A DNA stretch of 64,000 nt from Rheinheimera sp. (GTDB lineage Bacteria; Pseudomonadota; Gammaproteobacteria; Enterobacterales; Alteromonadaceae). Made by a program: the position numbers and the translations under genes. Within the stretch, counting starts at the first letter, position 1; each line of letters starts with the position of its first letter. Of the stretch, positions 1-9,670 are shown piece by piece. The stretch is from NCBI RefSeq assembly GCF_037442525.1, contig NZ_JBBIQD010000003.1:278482-342481 (forward strand). Reading direction: 5' to 3'. Below the pieces are notes generated by a model. It ran no database searches. It was not told where the DNA came from and was given only the letters and a program-made list of their open reading frames with translations.

Positions 1-688
1 GCACCTCACTGCTGTCCTGAATAAACTCAAACACATCTTCAATGTCTTGCTTGCTGGCGGTTGACTGCAGTTGCATATCCAGCTGCAGATAGCAGTTTTC
101 CGGGTCAAAGTCGGCCGCGGGCGGAAACTGGGCCGATAACTGCACTGCGGACAACTGACCCAGCTTTTGCAGGTAGACCAGCTGAGACGAAGGATCCATG
201 CCGTCTTTAAATACATCCTGACCATAACGGATTTTCAGTTGCCACAGTCCGGGCAATGATTCTGTTCCCACCTCAGCCTGGGGTGGCGAGGGCTGGGTGG
301 CAGGCTGCAGAACAGCCAGCAGTTGCTGAAGTAACAAAGCACCGGTGTGTTTATCAACCTCGGCGCCGGGTTCCGCCACGGCCTCCACCAGATGGCCCAT
401 ATGGGACTGGCAATCCAGCATCAGTGACAATAACTGCGGGCTCAATTCAAGTTTCTGATCCCGCACTTTGTCCAGCACTGTCTCCACATTGTGGGTAAAA
501 GCCACTATGTCGTCGAAACCAAAAATACCAGCAGAGCCTTTAATGGTATGAGCGGCCCGGAATACCGCGTCTATATGCTCTCCAACGTCTGCTGCACCGG
601 ACTCCACATCCAGCAGGCACTGTTCCATCGATTCCAGCAATTCTCTGGCTTCATCAATAAACAGCTGCTTCGCCTGTTCCATATCCAT
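1..688 (-). CDS. cheA: Chemotaxis histidine kinase CheA, N-terminal part (runs off the window edge)
   Basis: Hand-translated open frame from ATG at 688: MDMEQAKQLFIDEARELLESMEQ...FRAAHTIKGSAGIFGF (Hpt/P1 His motif), then GMDPSSQLVYL...FDPENCYL...IEDVFEF, as in CheA of secondary che clusters. No stop before base 1; downstream of cheY and STAS. Confidence 0.93.
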   Translation of the reverse strand, partial: MDMEQAKQLFIDEARELLESMEQCLLDVESGAADVGEHIDAVFRAAHTIKGSAGIFGFDDIVAFTHNVETVLDKVRDQKLELSPQLLSLMLDCQSHMGHLVEAVAEPGAEVDKHTGALLLQQLLAVLQPATQPSPPQAEVGTESLPGLWQLKIRYGQDVFKDGMDPSSQLVYLQKLGQLSAVQLSAQFPPAADFDPENCYLQLDMQLQSTASKQDIEDVFEFIQDSSEV

Positions 689-699
689 AGCCCGGCCCC

Positions 700-1002
700 T
701 TATTCCAGATTGTCCGGAAACTCAAACTGATAGATATTCAGCAAGCGCTGCACCATGGTGTTTTCCGTGCCTGTGACCCTGACCAAAGACTGCAGTTGCA
801 ATTGGTGACTTAACCACCACACCAGTTGCAAGCCAGCGCTGTCGATGTCTTCAACTGCGGATAAATCCAGCAACACCTTGGCTCCGGCTTTCGCCAGACC
901 AGAGCGGCATGGCTCCATCAGCTCATGCACAGTAAAGATGGTCAGGTCCTGGTTAAAAGCCCAGATCTGAAAATCGGCGGATTGGGAAAAAGTCAGCGCC
1001 AT
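700..1002 (-). CDS. STAS domain protein (anti-sigma factor antagonist type) in che cluster
   Basis: LDLSAVEDIDSAGLQL motif with the phosphorylatable DSAG serine; between cheY and cheA. Confidence 0.88.
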   Translation of the reverse strand: MALTFSQSADFQIWAFNQDLTIFTVHELMEPCRSGLAKAGAKVLLDLSAVEDIDSAGLQLVWWLSHQLQLQSLVRVTGTENTMVQRLLNIYQFEFPDNLE

Positions 1003-1009
1003 AACAACC

Positions 1010-1378
1010 TCAGGGCAGGATCAGTTTATTGACCGCGTCCAACATCTGATCAGGTTTAAAGGGTTTCACCACCCAGGCTTTGGCTCCGGCCGCTTTGCCG
1101 GCGGCTTTTTTCTCTTCCGCCCCTTCAGTGGTCAGCATAATTACGGGGGTAAAGCGGTAGGCAGGCAGCTTTTTCAGCTCAGTCACAAAGGTAATGCCGT
1201 CCATGTTGGGCATATTGACATCTGAAATCACCAGATGAATTTTGTCGCCGGAGCATTTGCTTAATGCATCTTTGCCATCCACAGCTTCAAGCACCTGAAA
1301 ACCGGCATTGCGCAATGTCATGCCAACCACCTGACGAATACTGATCGAATCGTCCACGACGAGAATAGTTTTAGTCAT
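1010..1378 (-). CDS. cheY: Single-domain response regulator CheY
   Basis: ILVVDDS, VISDVNMP (Asp acceptor), MLTTE, VKPF; 122 aa receiver-only protein in a che cluster. Confidence 0.92.
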   Translation of the reverse strand: MTKTILVVDDSISIRQVVGMTLRNAGFQVLEAVDGKDALSKCSGDKIHLVISDVNMPNMDGITFVTELKKLPAYRFTPVIMLTTEGAEEKKAAGKAAGAKAWVVKPFKPDQMLDAVNKLILP

Positions 1379-1390
1379 ACCCTGAAATTC

Positions 1391-2590
1391 CTAAAAGAAA
1401 GTGATATCTGAGCTGGCGGCCGCTTTGGATGCAGACCGGCCCTGATGCACGGACACCTGCTCTAAAGTGGTGTAAGTCCGTTGTAGCTGTTCCAGCCAGT
1501 CCTGCACACGCACCAGCTCCAGAGGGCCCTGCTGCTGACTGTGTTGTCCCAGATACTGCTGCAGCTTTTCCATATCGGCCATGATATGGCCGAGGATCTG
1601 GCTGACTCTGTCCTGAAACTGCAATTCAACCACCACCTGCTGGATATGCTGCTGCACTTCACTGCTTTCGTGTTCGAGCTCCACCGCAGACTGCAACAGG
1701 TTTTGACTGACAGAACTGAAATCATGCAGCACTTTGGCAATGGCCTGACTGACCTGCTCCAGACGTTGTTCATCCTGCTCGGTAAAACGCTGGGTCGAAT
1801 TCAATGTGTTTTCCAGTGTACTGTTCACTTCTTCTATACGCTGGGTAATACGGCTGCCCGTGGCCCCGGAACGGGTCGATAAAGTACGGACTTCATCCGC
1901 CACCACGGCAAAACCGCGGCCATGTTCACCGGCCCTGGCCGCTTCAATGGCAGCATTCAGTGCCAATAAGTTGGTCTGTGACGCAATACCAGCCACTTCC
2001 GACCCCATGGCTTTGAGTTCATCGGTGATGGCTGCCAGCGATTTGATTTCAGCCAACAATTGATCCCGGCTGTGCATCGCCTGACGCAGCTGATCAACCA
2101 CCAGATTCAGCTCCTGGTCTGCCGTCGCCACCACCTGATCCAGCCCCTGGCCACCATGCATGGCGCCGGCGGTTTTCCGGGATGCTGCCACCGCATTACC
2201 CAGCTGCTCGCTGATCGCCATAAACTGTTGCACCAGTTGGGTGATGCCTGTTTCGGTCTGTTCCCTGACCAACCCCTGCTGATTCATCCAGAGTGGCAAT
2301 AAGGCTGTTAACAGCTGTTGATAGTGCTGTTGCACCTGCACAGACTGCTGCAGTGTTTCCTGCTGCTGTTTCTGCAGCTGTTGCCACTGCACCCTCTGCT
2401 GTTGGTGCTGCTGTTTTTGGCTCCAAAGCCCGGCCAGAATCAACGCCATGGTCAACAGGATCAGCAGTGCAGGTCCCCATGGACTGACACCTGCCCACAC
2501 CATACCCAGCGCCAGAACCGCACTGACCAGACTTGTCAGAAACCAGGGTTGAATGGAGTTTTTGGAAAGAAGATGAAATTGTGACGTCAT
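1391..2590 (-). CDS. Methyl-accepting chemotaxis protein with short N-terminal TM hairpin and no obvious periplasmic sensor
   Basis: MCP hairpin-tip signature [34 protein letters not shown]; two closely spaced hydrophobic segments at the N-terminus. Confidence 0.92.
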   Translation of the reverse strand: MTSQFHLLSKNSIQPWFLTSLVSAVLALGMVWAGVSPWGPALLILLTMALILAGLWSQKQQHQQQRVQWQQLQKQQQETLQQSVQVQQHYQQLLTALLPLWMNQQGLVREQTETGITQLVQQFMAISEQLGNAVAASRKTAGAMHGGQGLDQVVATADQELNLVVDQLRQAMHSRDQLLAEIKSLAAITDELKAMGSEVAGIASQTNLLALNAAIEAARAGEHGRGFAVVADEVRTLSTRSGATGSRITQRIEEVNSTLENTLNSTQRFTEQDEQRLEQVSQAIAKVLHDFSSVSQNLLQSAVELEHESSEVQQHIQQVVVELQFQDRVSQILGHIMADMEKLQQYLGQHSQQQGPLELVRVQDWLEQLQRTYTTLEQVSVHQGRSASKAAASSDITFF

Positions 2591-2760
2591 AATGTTTCAG
2601 CTAACCACTTCATGCTTAAGCATTTTATTTAAGGGCCAAACTAGCATAGCAGCGTGTCTTAAATTTGCCTGCGTAGTACTTTAGAAAAGTACCCACCCCA
2701 AAACCAGTAAGGTTACTAGCCACCTGGCGGCCGCTTTGACGGCTTTTTAACCAGCTGTTC

Positions 2761-3468
2761 CTAAAGTTGAATTAACTGATGACGCAAGGCAAAGCGGATC
2801 CAGTCACTGGGGCAACTTAGTCCCAGTTTTTTACTGATTGTCGATCGGTGAAACTCAACTGTTTTATTGCTGATATAAAGTCTGGCAGCGATTTCACGGG
2901 CAGTGTGACCTTCTGCTGTCAGCTGCAGTATTTGTTTTTGTTTCAGACTTAACGAAGACAGCCCTTGGTCGGCGCTCAGGTGCTCAGGCTGCACCAGCGC
3001 CTGCACCAATAAGGGTGAAAATTGTTCCGGCAGATAAAACTGCCCGGCCAGCACCTGACGCAGGCCGTGCAGGCTTTGCGCTGCAGATGCCATTTTGGAT
3101 AAAACGCCCTGTACACCCAGCCGCACCGCCTGCAGCACAGGTACAAAATCGGCCGGACTGGCAAGCAACAGAATCTTCAGGTGAGGAAATTGGTGCCGCA
3201 ACTGCTCTGTCACCAAAGTGGCGGTAATTTCAGGCAGGCGGGCAGAGAGCAGCAACGCATCAGGTTTATGCAGCCGGCACAGGCTCAGCACGTCAGGCCC
3301 ATTGTTTGCCGTGGCCAGCACCTCATACTGATGCTGCTTTAATAGCTCAACCAGGCAGTCGCGAAATAACAACTCTGCATCAGCCACAATCAGTTTTGGA
3401 TACACCACGTTTGAGCCCGGTTCACTTGTTCGGGCCGCAGTATAGGAAGATAGCCTGCCGCGCTCCAT
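2761..3468 (-). CDS. NarL/LuxR-family regulator with degenerate receiver domain
   Basis: C-terminal LuxR HTH (LSLKQKQILQLTAEGHTAREIAARLYISNKTVEFHRSTISKKLG) and a receiver-like N-terminus. The start could be the GTG at 3405. Confidence 0.85.
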   Translation of the reverse strand: MERGRLSSYTAARTSEPGSNVVYPKLIVADAELLFRDCLVELLKQHQYEVLATANNGPDVLSLCRLHKPDALLLSARLPEITATLVTEQLRHQFPHLKILLLASPADFVPVLQAVRLGVQGVLSKMASAAQSLHGLRQVLAGQFYLPEQFSPLLVQALVQPEHLSADQGLSSLSLKQKQILQLTAEGHTAREIAARLYISNKTVEFHRSTISKKLGLSCPSDWIRFALRHQLIQL

Positions 3469-3545
3469 AACGCAGAGGTCCTACCCGGCTAAGACTAAAG
3501 ACCTAGAACTCAGACCAGACTGGGCTCAGCCGGGCGGCTCCTGGT

Positions 3546-4784
3546 TTAACCGGACATCAGCCACCCGATAAACAGCAAGGCAAAACCAAAGAGATACAGC
3601 AGCCCCACCCAGGATAAACAGCGGATCCACAAGGCCATTTGGCCAGCGCTTTGCATCAGCCGGTAGTTCAGCCAGGCGAACACAGGCGTGGTGACAAAAG
3701 CCAGACTCATCGCAAAGGTCAGCATAGGACCCAGTGAAGATTTAAAGAATAAAATCACAGCCAGACCTGCCAGGGCCTGCAGCAGCAGCCAGACGGAATA
3801 ACTGCGGTGATTGTTGGTGTGTTGCCAGCCAAGCAGCTGAAAGGACTCGTTGATAGTGCGGGCGTAGCCATCCAATACCGTCAGGGTGGTGCCAAACATA
3901 CATAAAAAAGCGACAAAAGCGACCAGCAAGGTCGACCAGTCGCCCATGGTTTTGGCGTAGATGCCGACAAACTGCTGGATGTAGCTGCCACCGGCCAGCG
4001 CGACCTCTTGCGCTGAGCCAAACTGCACCAGGGCTCCCAGCGCCAGAAACACCAGCGCCAGCGCCGTGGTACTCCAGTACCCCAGATGGAAATCAAACAG
4101 GCCATTGGCCCGGCTGACCGGGTTCTGTTGTTGTTTGGCTTTCAGCCACAAGGAGTTAATGGCGGAAATTTCAATAGGAGCCGGCATCCAGCCCATTAAA
4201 GCCACCAGAAAGCCTAAGTAAGCCAGTTGCCAGGGCGAAGGCGCCACATAGTCTGGAGGGGCCTGCATACCTTTTTGCCAGGCCATCACAGCAGCCACCA
4301 GGGTAGTGAGGGTCAGCAGCACCATCACCCACTTGGACACTTTGTCCAGCACGCGGTATTGGCCTGCCAGCAACAGCAGCACGCAGACCAGCAGCAACAG
4401 GCAACACAGCAGGGTCAGGGAGACAGGCACCGGAATAAAATACTGCAACAGAGCCGCAGTTAAAATCAGCACCCCGGCCGTATTGACCACAGCCGCAATC
4501 AGGTTCAGCCAGACAAAACCCAATAAATAGCCACGGCTTTGCCGGCGGTAACCTTCCAGCAAGGTTTCTCCGCTTTGCAGGCTGTACTCCACACCAAAAC
4601 GGAAAAATGGGTATTTCAGTACATTCACCAGCACAATCAGCAGCGCCAGCTGCCAGCCAAATAAAGCACCGGCCTGAGTAGAAGCAACAATATGCGAGCC
4701 GCCAATGGCCGCTGTGGCCAATAAAATGCCCGGCCCCAACGCCTGCAGGCGACTGAGCCACTCTTGTTTTCCCTGTTGTGTCAT
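3546..4784 (-). CDS. NRAMP-like divalent cation/solute transporter
   Basis: LGPGILLATAAIGGSHIVASTQAGALFGWQL N-terminal motif of NRAMP-related transporters; about 11 hydrophobic segments. Confidence 0.75.
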   Translation of the reverse strand: MTQQGKQEWLSRLQALGPGILLATAAIGGSHIVASTQAGALFGWQLALLIVLVNVLKYPFFRFGVEYSLQSGETLLEGYRRQSRGYLLGFVWLNLIAAVVNTAGVLILTAALLQYFIPVPVSLTLLCCLLLLVCVLLLLAGQYRVLDKVSKWVMVLLTLTTLVAAVMAWQKGMQAPPDYVAPSPWQLAYLGFLVALMGWMPAPIEISAINSLWLKAKQQQNPVSRANGLFDFHLGYWSTTALALVFLALGALVQFGSAQEVALAGGSYIQQFVGIYAKTMGDWSTLLVAFVAFLCMFGTTLTVLDGYARTINESFQLLGWQHTNNHRSYSVWLLLQALAGLAVILFFKSSLGPMLTFAMSLAFVTTPVFAWLNYRLMQSAGQMALWIRCLSWVGLLYLFGFALLFIGWLMSG

Positions 4785-4941
4785 CTGGTTGTAGTTATGG
4801 CTGATGAAAAGTGACCCAGCTTAGCCAAAGCAAAACACGAACTCCATGCCCGGGCGGAAAAATAGCCATCGCAGCGCAACCAACTTGCCGCTCCGCCCTG
4901 GCTCTGGCATGCTGCGATTTTTCTGCCTGCCGGAGTACACA

Positions 4942-5217
4942 ATGGATCAGGAACAGCTTGATCAGAGCCTGTTATTTGAAGTGCTGGAAAACCAGCTGGC
5001 CGACAATCACCCGAAACAGGTGAAAGAAACCATGTTGCGGCTGCGTATGACAGGTCACAGCAATGAAGAAGCGCTTGAACTGATGGCCTGCGCCTTAGCA
5101 CCGGAAATGCAGGCCGTGATTGAACAAGGGCAAAGCTTTAACCTGGAACGGTATGTGCAACATCTGGCGCTGTTACCGGAAACGCCCTGGTTGAGTGATG
5201 CAGACCTGGCTGGCTGA
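4942..5217 (+). CDS. Small acidic hypothetical protein
   Basis: GGAG then ATG at 4942 (MDQEQLDQSLLFEVLENQLADNHP...); helical, typical coding composition; fills the intergenic gap. Confidence 0.7.
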   Translation: MDQEQLDQSLLFEVLENQLADNHPKQVKETMLRLRMTGHSNEEALELMACALAPEMQAVIEQGQSFNLERYVQHLALLPETPWLSDADLAG

Positions 5218-5225
5218 GCACCAGC

Positions 5226-5810
5226 TCAGTCCACCTTAAAAGGTTCACCAAACAGCAAAATCATCTCCGCCGCCTCACAGCGGCAATCAAAACCACAACG
5301 CACACATTCGTAGCCATTGTGGCTGTCAGCACGCCATTTATCCGGGTGAATTTTCACCAGTTGGCCCCCCTGTTTACTGAAATAACGCACCGCCGCGTTG
5401 CCTGGGCTTTGCCGCCATAAATGTGCCACCCCGGCCTTGGCGCCCTGTGCTTTTAATGCCTGGATCGAACGCTGCATCAGTTCGCCGCCAATGCCCCGCC
5501 CCTGCAACCTGGGGCTGATAGTGTTGCATTTAAAATAGGCCACCTGCGCAGCTGGCACAGGCCAAAGTTCCGGGCTGCACCAGGCATCAGGTTGCCAGTT
5601 ACCCGCCGCCCAGGCCAGGCGGAACCCCACCAGTTGGTCGTCCTGATAAGCCACAAAACTGGCATCCTGCCCTTGTTGAATGCCGAGCTGGTGGTAATAA
5701 GCCAGAGTCGGCTGGTCCAGATAACCGGCACCGTGCACAGTGTTCGCCAGCATCAGCAATGACTGATAATCCTGCAGCTGCAGCTGACGGTAATAAATGC
5801 GGTCTGACAT
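5226..5810 (-). CDS. GNAT-family N-acetyltransferase
   Basis: Acetyl-CoA motif A (ISPRLQGRGIGGELM) and NAAVRYFSKQG. Start reassigned to MSDRIYY at 5810 to avoid overlapping the divergent gene. Confidence 0.85.
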   Translation of the reverse strand: MSDRIYYRQLQLQDYQSLLMLANTVHGAGYLDQPTLAYYHQLGIQQGQDASFVAYQDDQLVGFRLAWAAGNWQPDAWCSPELWPVPAAQVAYFKCNTISPRLQGRGIGGELMQRSIQALKAQGAKAGVAHLWRQSPGNAAVRYFSKQGGQLVKIHPDKWRADSHNGYECVRCGFDCRCEAAEMILLFGEPFKVD

Positions 5811-5893
5811 GCTCACGGCAGGCCCTCTTGGTTTTTCCGGTGAATCTTGCCATGATGCGCGAAAAGTCCCGCCACTGACAAGAAGGACCCCGC

Positions 5894-7234
5894 ATGTACG
5901 ATCCCTTGCACGACCCGCATCCAGGCATTGGTTTGTCCTACCCGGACAGCTACTGGGCCAGCCACTCTGGGCAGGCGCCTGCCGATCAGGGCCCACTGAC
6001 ACAGGACACTGACACCGAAGTGGCGATTATCGGCGCCGGTTATACCGGCCTGTCCTGTGCTTACCACCTGGCGGCAGAGCATGGTATTCAGCCCCTGGTG
6101 CTGGAAGCCAACCGCACGGCCTGGGGCTGCAGTGGCCGCAACGCAGGTTTTGTGCTGAAGTCGTCCGGCCGCAAGCCTTATTCCGTGATGAAACAACAGT
6201 ATGGCCCCGATGTCATGCAGGCCATTTACCGCGAGTTTTGTGAAGGGCTGGACACAGTCAAAGGCTTGATCGGCAGCGGTATCGATTGCGATCAGCAGGA
6301 GATGGGTTACCTGCGCATGGCGCATAAACCAGCCATGATTAAAACCCTGCAGGCGCAGGCCGCGCTGATGCAGCGAGAGTTTAACTATCAGGTGGAATTC
6401 ATCGGACGGGACCAGCTGCATCAGCACTATGTGGCCGATCAGCAGGCTTACGCTGCCTTGCGCTTTTATGATGGTTTTGGCCTGAATCCACTCAAGCTGG
6501 CCTGGGGTTATCAGCGATTGGCCATGCAGTATGGCGCAACGATCCACAGCGCCAGCCCGGTGCTGGACTGGCGGACCGAACACGGCAAACAACTGCTGAT
6601 CACACCACAAGGCCGGGTCCGGGCGGACCGGGTGGTGATAGCCAGCAACGGCTACACACCCAAAGCCTTACACCCTGGTGTGCAGGCGCGGTCTTTACCT
6701 GTGTTGTCCCAAATTATTGTCACAGAACCTTTAACTCTGGAGCAGTTGGCCGCCTGTAACCTGCTGACCAGCCAGGTGGTCATGGACACCAGGGCACTGA
6801 AGTATTACTACCGCAAGCTGCCGGATAACCGCATTCTGTTTGGCGGTCGCGGCGCTATTACCGGCCAGGGCGCTGAAGACCCTTATTTTGCCAACCGTCT
6901 GCTCGCCGTGCTCAAGCAGAGTTTCCCGGCACTGCAGACGCTGCGTTATGATTACAGCTGGTCTGGCTGGATTTGTATGGCGCTGGATGATATTCCGCAT
7001 CTGGCCGCTGCCGATGACAGCGGTAAAGTCCTGTACAGCATGGGTTATTGTGGGGCTGGCCTGACCTTTTCTGCTCAGGCCGGCAAACGACTGGCCCAGC
7101 GTATTGCCGGAGTGCAGTTGCCTGCGATCCCGCTGTACCAGCACCCCTTACCCCGCTTCCCGCTGCCAGCCTTGCGTCGTCTGGGGCAATGGGGCTATTT
7201 TCAGTATGGCCGTATCAAGGATCAGTGGTTTTAA
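5894..7234 (+). CDS. FAD-dependent oxidoreductase, DAO/PuuB-OrdL-like
   Basis: VAIIGAGYTGLS Rossmann motif, GCSGRNAG, VVIASNGY, LFGGRG, MGYCGAG. Confidence 0.85.
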   Translation: MYDPLHDPHPGIGLSYPDSYWASHSGQAPADQGPLTQDTDTEVAIIGAGYTGLSCAYHLAAEHGIQPLVLEANRTAWGCSGRNAGFVLKSSGRKPYSVMKQQYGPDVMQAIYREFCEGLDTVKGLIGSGIDCDQQEMGYLRMAHKPAMIKTLQAQAALMQREFNYQVEFIGRDQLHQHYVADQQAYAALRFYDGFGLNPLKLAWGYQRLAMQYGATIHSASPVLDWRTEHGKQLLITPQGRVRADRVVIASNGYTPKALHPGVQARSLPVLSQIIVTEPLTLEQLAACNLLTSQVVMDTRALKYYYRKLPDNRILFGGRGAITGQGAEDPYFANRLLAVLKQSFPALQTLRYDYSWSGWICMALDDIPHLAAADDSGKVLYSMGYCGAGLTFSAQAGKRLAQRIAGVQLPAIPLYQHPLPRFPLPALRRLGQWGYFQYGRIKDQWF

Positions 7235-7295
7235 AGTTTGGGTAAACCAGCTAGACTGGCGCCCTTTTTTCACCGGGGCGTCCGGTCCGGAGGTT

Positions 7296-7463
7296 ATGAT
7301 GAGTTCGAGCAAAGCACTGAAAAAGAAAATCGCCAAACGGGCCAAACAGAAGAAAAACATTCAGGTGAAAAACTCCATCCGACTGAAACAAAAGGCTCAG
7401 TCTGAGCAGGACAGCAGCCCTCAGCCTGAGGTGGCTGACGCATCTTCCTCAGAAAACAGCTGA
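7296..7463 (+). CDS. 55-aa Lys/Arg-rich small protein
   Basis: GGAGG ribosome-binding site just upstream of ATGATG; MMSSSKALKKKIAKRAKQKKNIQVK... Confidence 0.6.
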   Translation: MMSSSKALKKKIAKRAKQKKNIQVKNSIRLKQKAQSEQDSSPQPEVADASSSENS

Positions 7464-8182
7464 TTCCGCTGGCCAAAATACTTCAGCTGTAAGTCTTGAT
7501 AGTCCGCAGATTTCACCACATCTGCCAAGGCCCTGTCGAACCTGGCGCGCAAGGCGTCATTGCGAAAGGCGGCATGGTACAAAGCGGGCGCAAACAGTCT
7601 GGCGAAGTCCAGTTCGTCCGGCGACCGGCCATGCAGTTTCAGGTAGTAGTTCAGAATATTGCTATCTGCAATCACCAGGTCACAGCGACTCATCAGTAAC
7701 ATCTGCACCTGTTGGCTCTGATTGGCCAGTTCCTGGTAACTTTCTACCGCATTGACGCTGGTTTCAAATTCTTTGCCCAATAAACGCCGTGCATTGTGAA
7801 AAGCCACCACAGCATAGGGCTGCATATCCATCATACGACGAATTTGAATGGAGCGGATCTTCAGGCTCGCCACCACATTCTGATACTGAATGTAAGGCGT
7901 GGAATAAAACAACGGCTGGCTGGGGTCGACTTTTTGCAAGGTGGCTATATCGGCTTTGCCTTCCAGCAGCAGGTCACGCAGCCTGGCATTGGGAACATGC
8001 AAAAATTGCGCTTCGCTTCCCATCTTTTTTAACACCAGCCGTATCAAATCCAGCTCAAATCCGGATTGATCCGACAGGTTAATGTATGGCGGTTTATCCA
8101 GCCCCACCAATACTGTCAGGCTGGTTTTCGCCAAAGCGGAACAGGACATCAGCAGGGTCAGAACGAACAGGAGCATTTTCAT
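7421..8182 (-). CDS. Periplasmic substrate-binding protein, family 3 (amino-acid type)
   Basis: Signal peptide MKMLLFVLTLLMSCSALA; DKPPY...GFELDL, RLRDLLLEGKAD, LMSRCDLVIAD, FRNDALRARFDRAL. Confidence 0.82.
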   Translation of the reverse strand: MKMLLFVLTLLMSCSALAKTSLTVLVGLDKPPYINLSDQSGFELDLIRLVLKKMGSEAQFLHVPNARLRDLLLEGKADIATLQKVDPSQPLFYSTPYIQYQNVVASLKIRSIQIRRMMDMQPYAVVAFHNARRLLGKEFETSVNAVESYQELANQSQQVQMLLMSRCDLVIADSNILNYYLKLHGRSPDELDFARLFAPALYHAAFRNDALRARFDRALADVVKSADYQDLQLKYFGQRNQLFSEEDASATSG

Positions 8183-8426
8183 GCGTGGTACTTCTCCTCT
8201 GGGCAGGGACAACGCCAGCACCTTTTGTTAAAAGATAGGCATGTTTTCGGTCATTCGCACGGAGTTTGTTATGCAACACAAGGTTATTCAGCAACAGCTG
8301 CTGCAGATCAAAGCTGATTGCTGGTACGTGCAAAAGTTTCTGAACTGATTCAGCGGGCATAAAGTTAAAGCCGGTTATCTTGATGATGTCAGCACAGGCT
8401 GAATTGAATCGGATACGAGGTGAATC

Positions 8427-8975
8427 ATGAACAAGTCTTTAATCGCAGGTGTCGTGGTAGGGGGTATTGCCGTCACAGCTCTGGGTTCTATCGCTGGCTA
8501 CAGCTATCTGGATAAAGAACCACAATTTGCCGAAGTGGTGGCCAGCAAAGCCCTGTATCAGTCCGTCTCTGTACCGGCCGAACAATGCACAGACCAGGTG
8601 GTGCAGCAACGCCGCCCGGTGCAGGATCAGAATCAGATTGCCGGTACTGTAATTGGTGCAGTGGTCGGCGGTGTACTGGGTAATCAGGTGGGTGGAGGCT
8701 CGGGTAAAAAAATTGCCACAGTGGCCGGAGCAGCCGCCGGTGGTTATGCCGGTAAGCAAGTACAAACCGACATGCAGAACAAGGATGTAGAAACCAGCAC
8801 CCGCCGTGTCTGCAAAACAGTGCAGAAAACTGAAAAACAGCTGATTGGCTACGATGTCACCTACATTATGGATGGCAAAGTCCACAAAACCCGGCTGGAT
8901 CAAGAGCCCGCTGAGCGGGTGCCCGTGGTTGACGGCAAGCCTGACTTTCACAGCAGCCTGAGCGCGAAAAGCTAA
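8427..8975 (+). CDS. Glycine-zipper 2TM protein (YcfJ-like)
   Basis: IAGTVIGAVVGGVLGNQVGGGSGKKIATVAGAAAGGYAG; C-terminal GYDVTY. Confidence 0.88.
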   Translation: MNKSLIAGVVVGGIAVTALGSIAGYSYLDKEPQFAEVVASKALYQSVSVPAEQCTDQVVQQRRPVQDQNQIAGTVIGAVVGGVLGNQVGGGSGKKIATVAGAAAGGYAGKQVQTDMQNKDVETSTRRVCKTVQKTEKQLIGYDVTYIMDGKVHKTRLDQEPAERVPVVDGKPDFHSSLSAKS

Positions 8976-9002
8976 CCCCAGGCAGTCAGTCCTCAAGCAC
9001 AA

Positions 9003-9034
9003 GCCTGTTGGGCGTCAGGAAAAGCCCAACAGGC
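9003..9034. terminator. 11-bp hairpin between convergent genes
   Basis: GCCTGTTGGGC-N10-GCCCAACAGGC; no clear U tract. Confidence 0.5.
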
Positions 9035-9079
9035 GTTGATAAGACCATCAGCACCAGGCCGGCAGCGATCCCCTGACCG

Positions 9080-9670
9080 TCATTCATCGCCTTCGAACCG
9101 CTGCCTCATCGCCGGCATGGGTTTCAGCCCTTGGGGTAACTCAAATAAAGCCGGGTCCTGAGCCCCCAGTTTCAGGTCTGTCAGTTTCATTCTGATTCTG
9201 GATTCATGGCTCCCTTCTTTGCTGACAAAGTGCATTTGCAACGGGATCTGTTCTGCAGTGAACCAGATAAAACCACCGACGGATTTGTCCTGCAACAGGA
9301 TACGGTATTTGATGGTATTGATCCCATCCAGGTATTCTGAGCCCATCAGCTCGATGCTGACATTCCCCGGCATTTCGCCTCGTATCTGGCTGGCCTGATG
9401 AGCGGCAATTTCTGAATAGCTTTCAAACACCGGCATCAAATGCCAGAACTTGCCGAGATCGGGCCGCACAATCATCACCCTCTGCATGCCTTCCACATTC
9501 ATTTCAATACGTTCTTTACCAAAGGAGTGATACAACTGCTGCTGCAAGACCCCACCTGAATATTCAATCTGACGCACGGCGCTGTATTCGGCCTGTGCCA
9601 CCGGCAGGCCATATGCCTCTGCAGCCTGGAGCAGCAGGCTTACAGCCATCACGAATAATTTCCACATCAT
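9080..9670 (-). CDS. Exported protein, DUF4412/LolA-like
   Basis: Signal peptide; KERIEM...MIVRPDLG...LMP; C-terminal GAQDPALFELPQG pattern. Confidence 0.6.
   Translation of the reverse strand: MMWKLFVMAVSLLLQAAEAYGLPVAQAEYSAVRQIEYSGGVLQQQLYHSFGKERIEMNVEGMQRVMIVRPDLGKFWHLMPVFESYSEIAAHQASQIRGEMPGNVSIELMGSEYLDGINTIKYRILLQDKSVGGFIWFTAEQIPLQMHFVSKEGSHESRIRMKLTDLKLGAQDPALFELPQGLKPMPAMRQRFEGDE

Noticed and set aside
1-688. Frameshifted cheA (absent from the ORF track)
   Set aside because: Hand translation is open to the window edge; it is missing from the track only because it has no stop codon here.
2300-2420. CAG/CTG-rich low-complexity tract as a tandem repeat array
   Set aside because: It simply encodes the Gln-rich coiled-coil linker of the MCP.
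2591-2760. Sigma-28 promoter for the che cluster
   Set aside because: A CTAAAG is present, but there is no GCCGATAA-like -10 at the right spacing.
4785-4941. yybP-ykoY or TPP riboswitch ahead of the NRAMP-like transporter
   Set aside because: GC-rich stems are present, but I could not find the conserved aptamer motifs; an Rfam scan would settle it.
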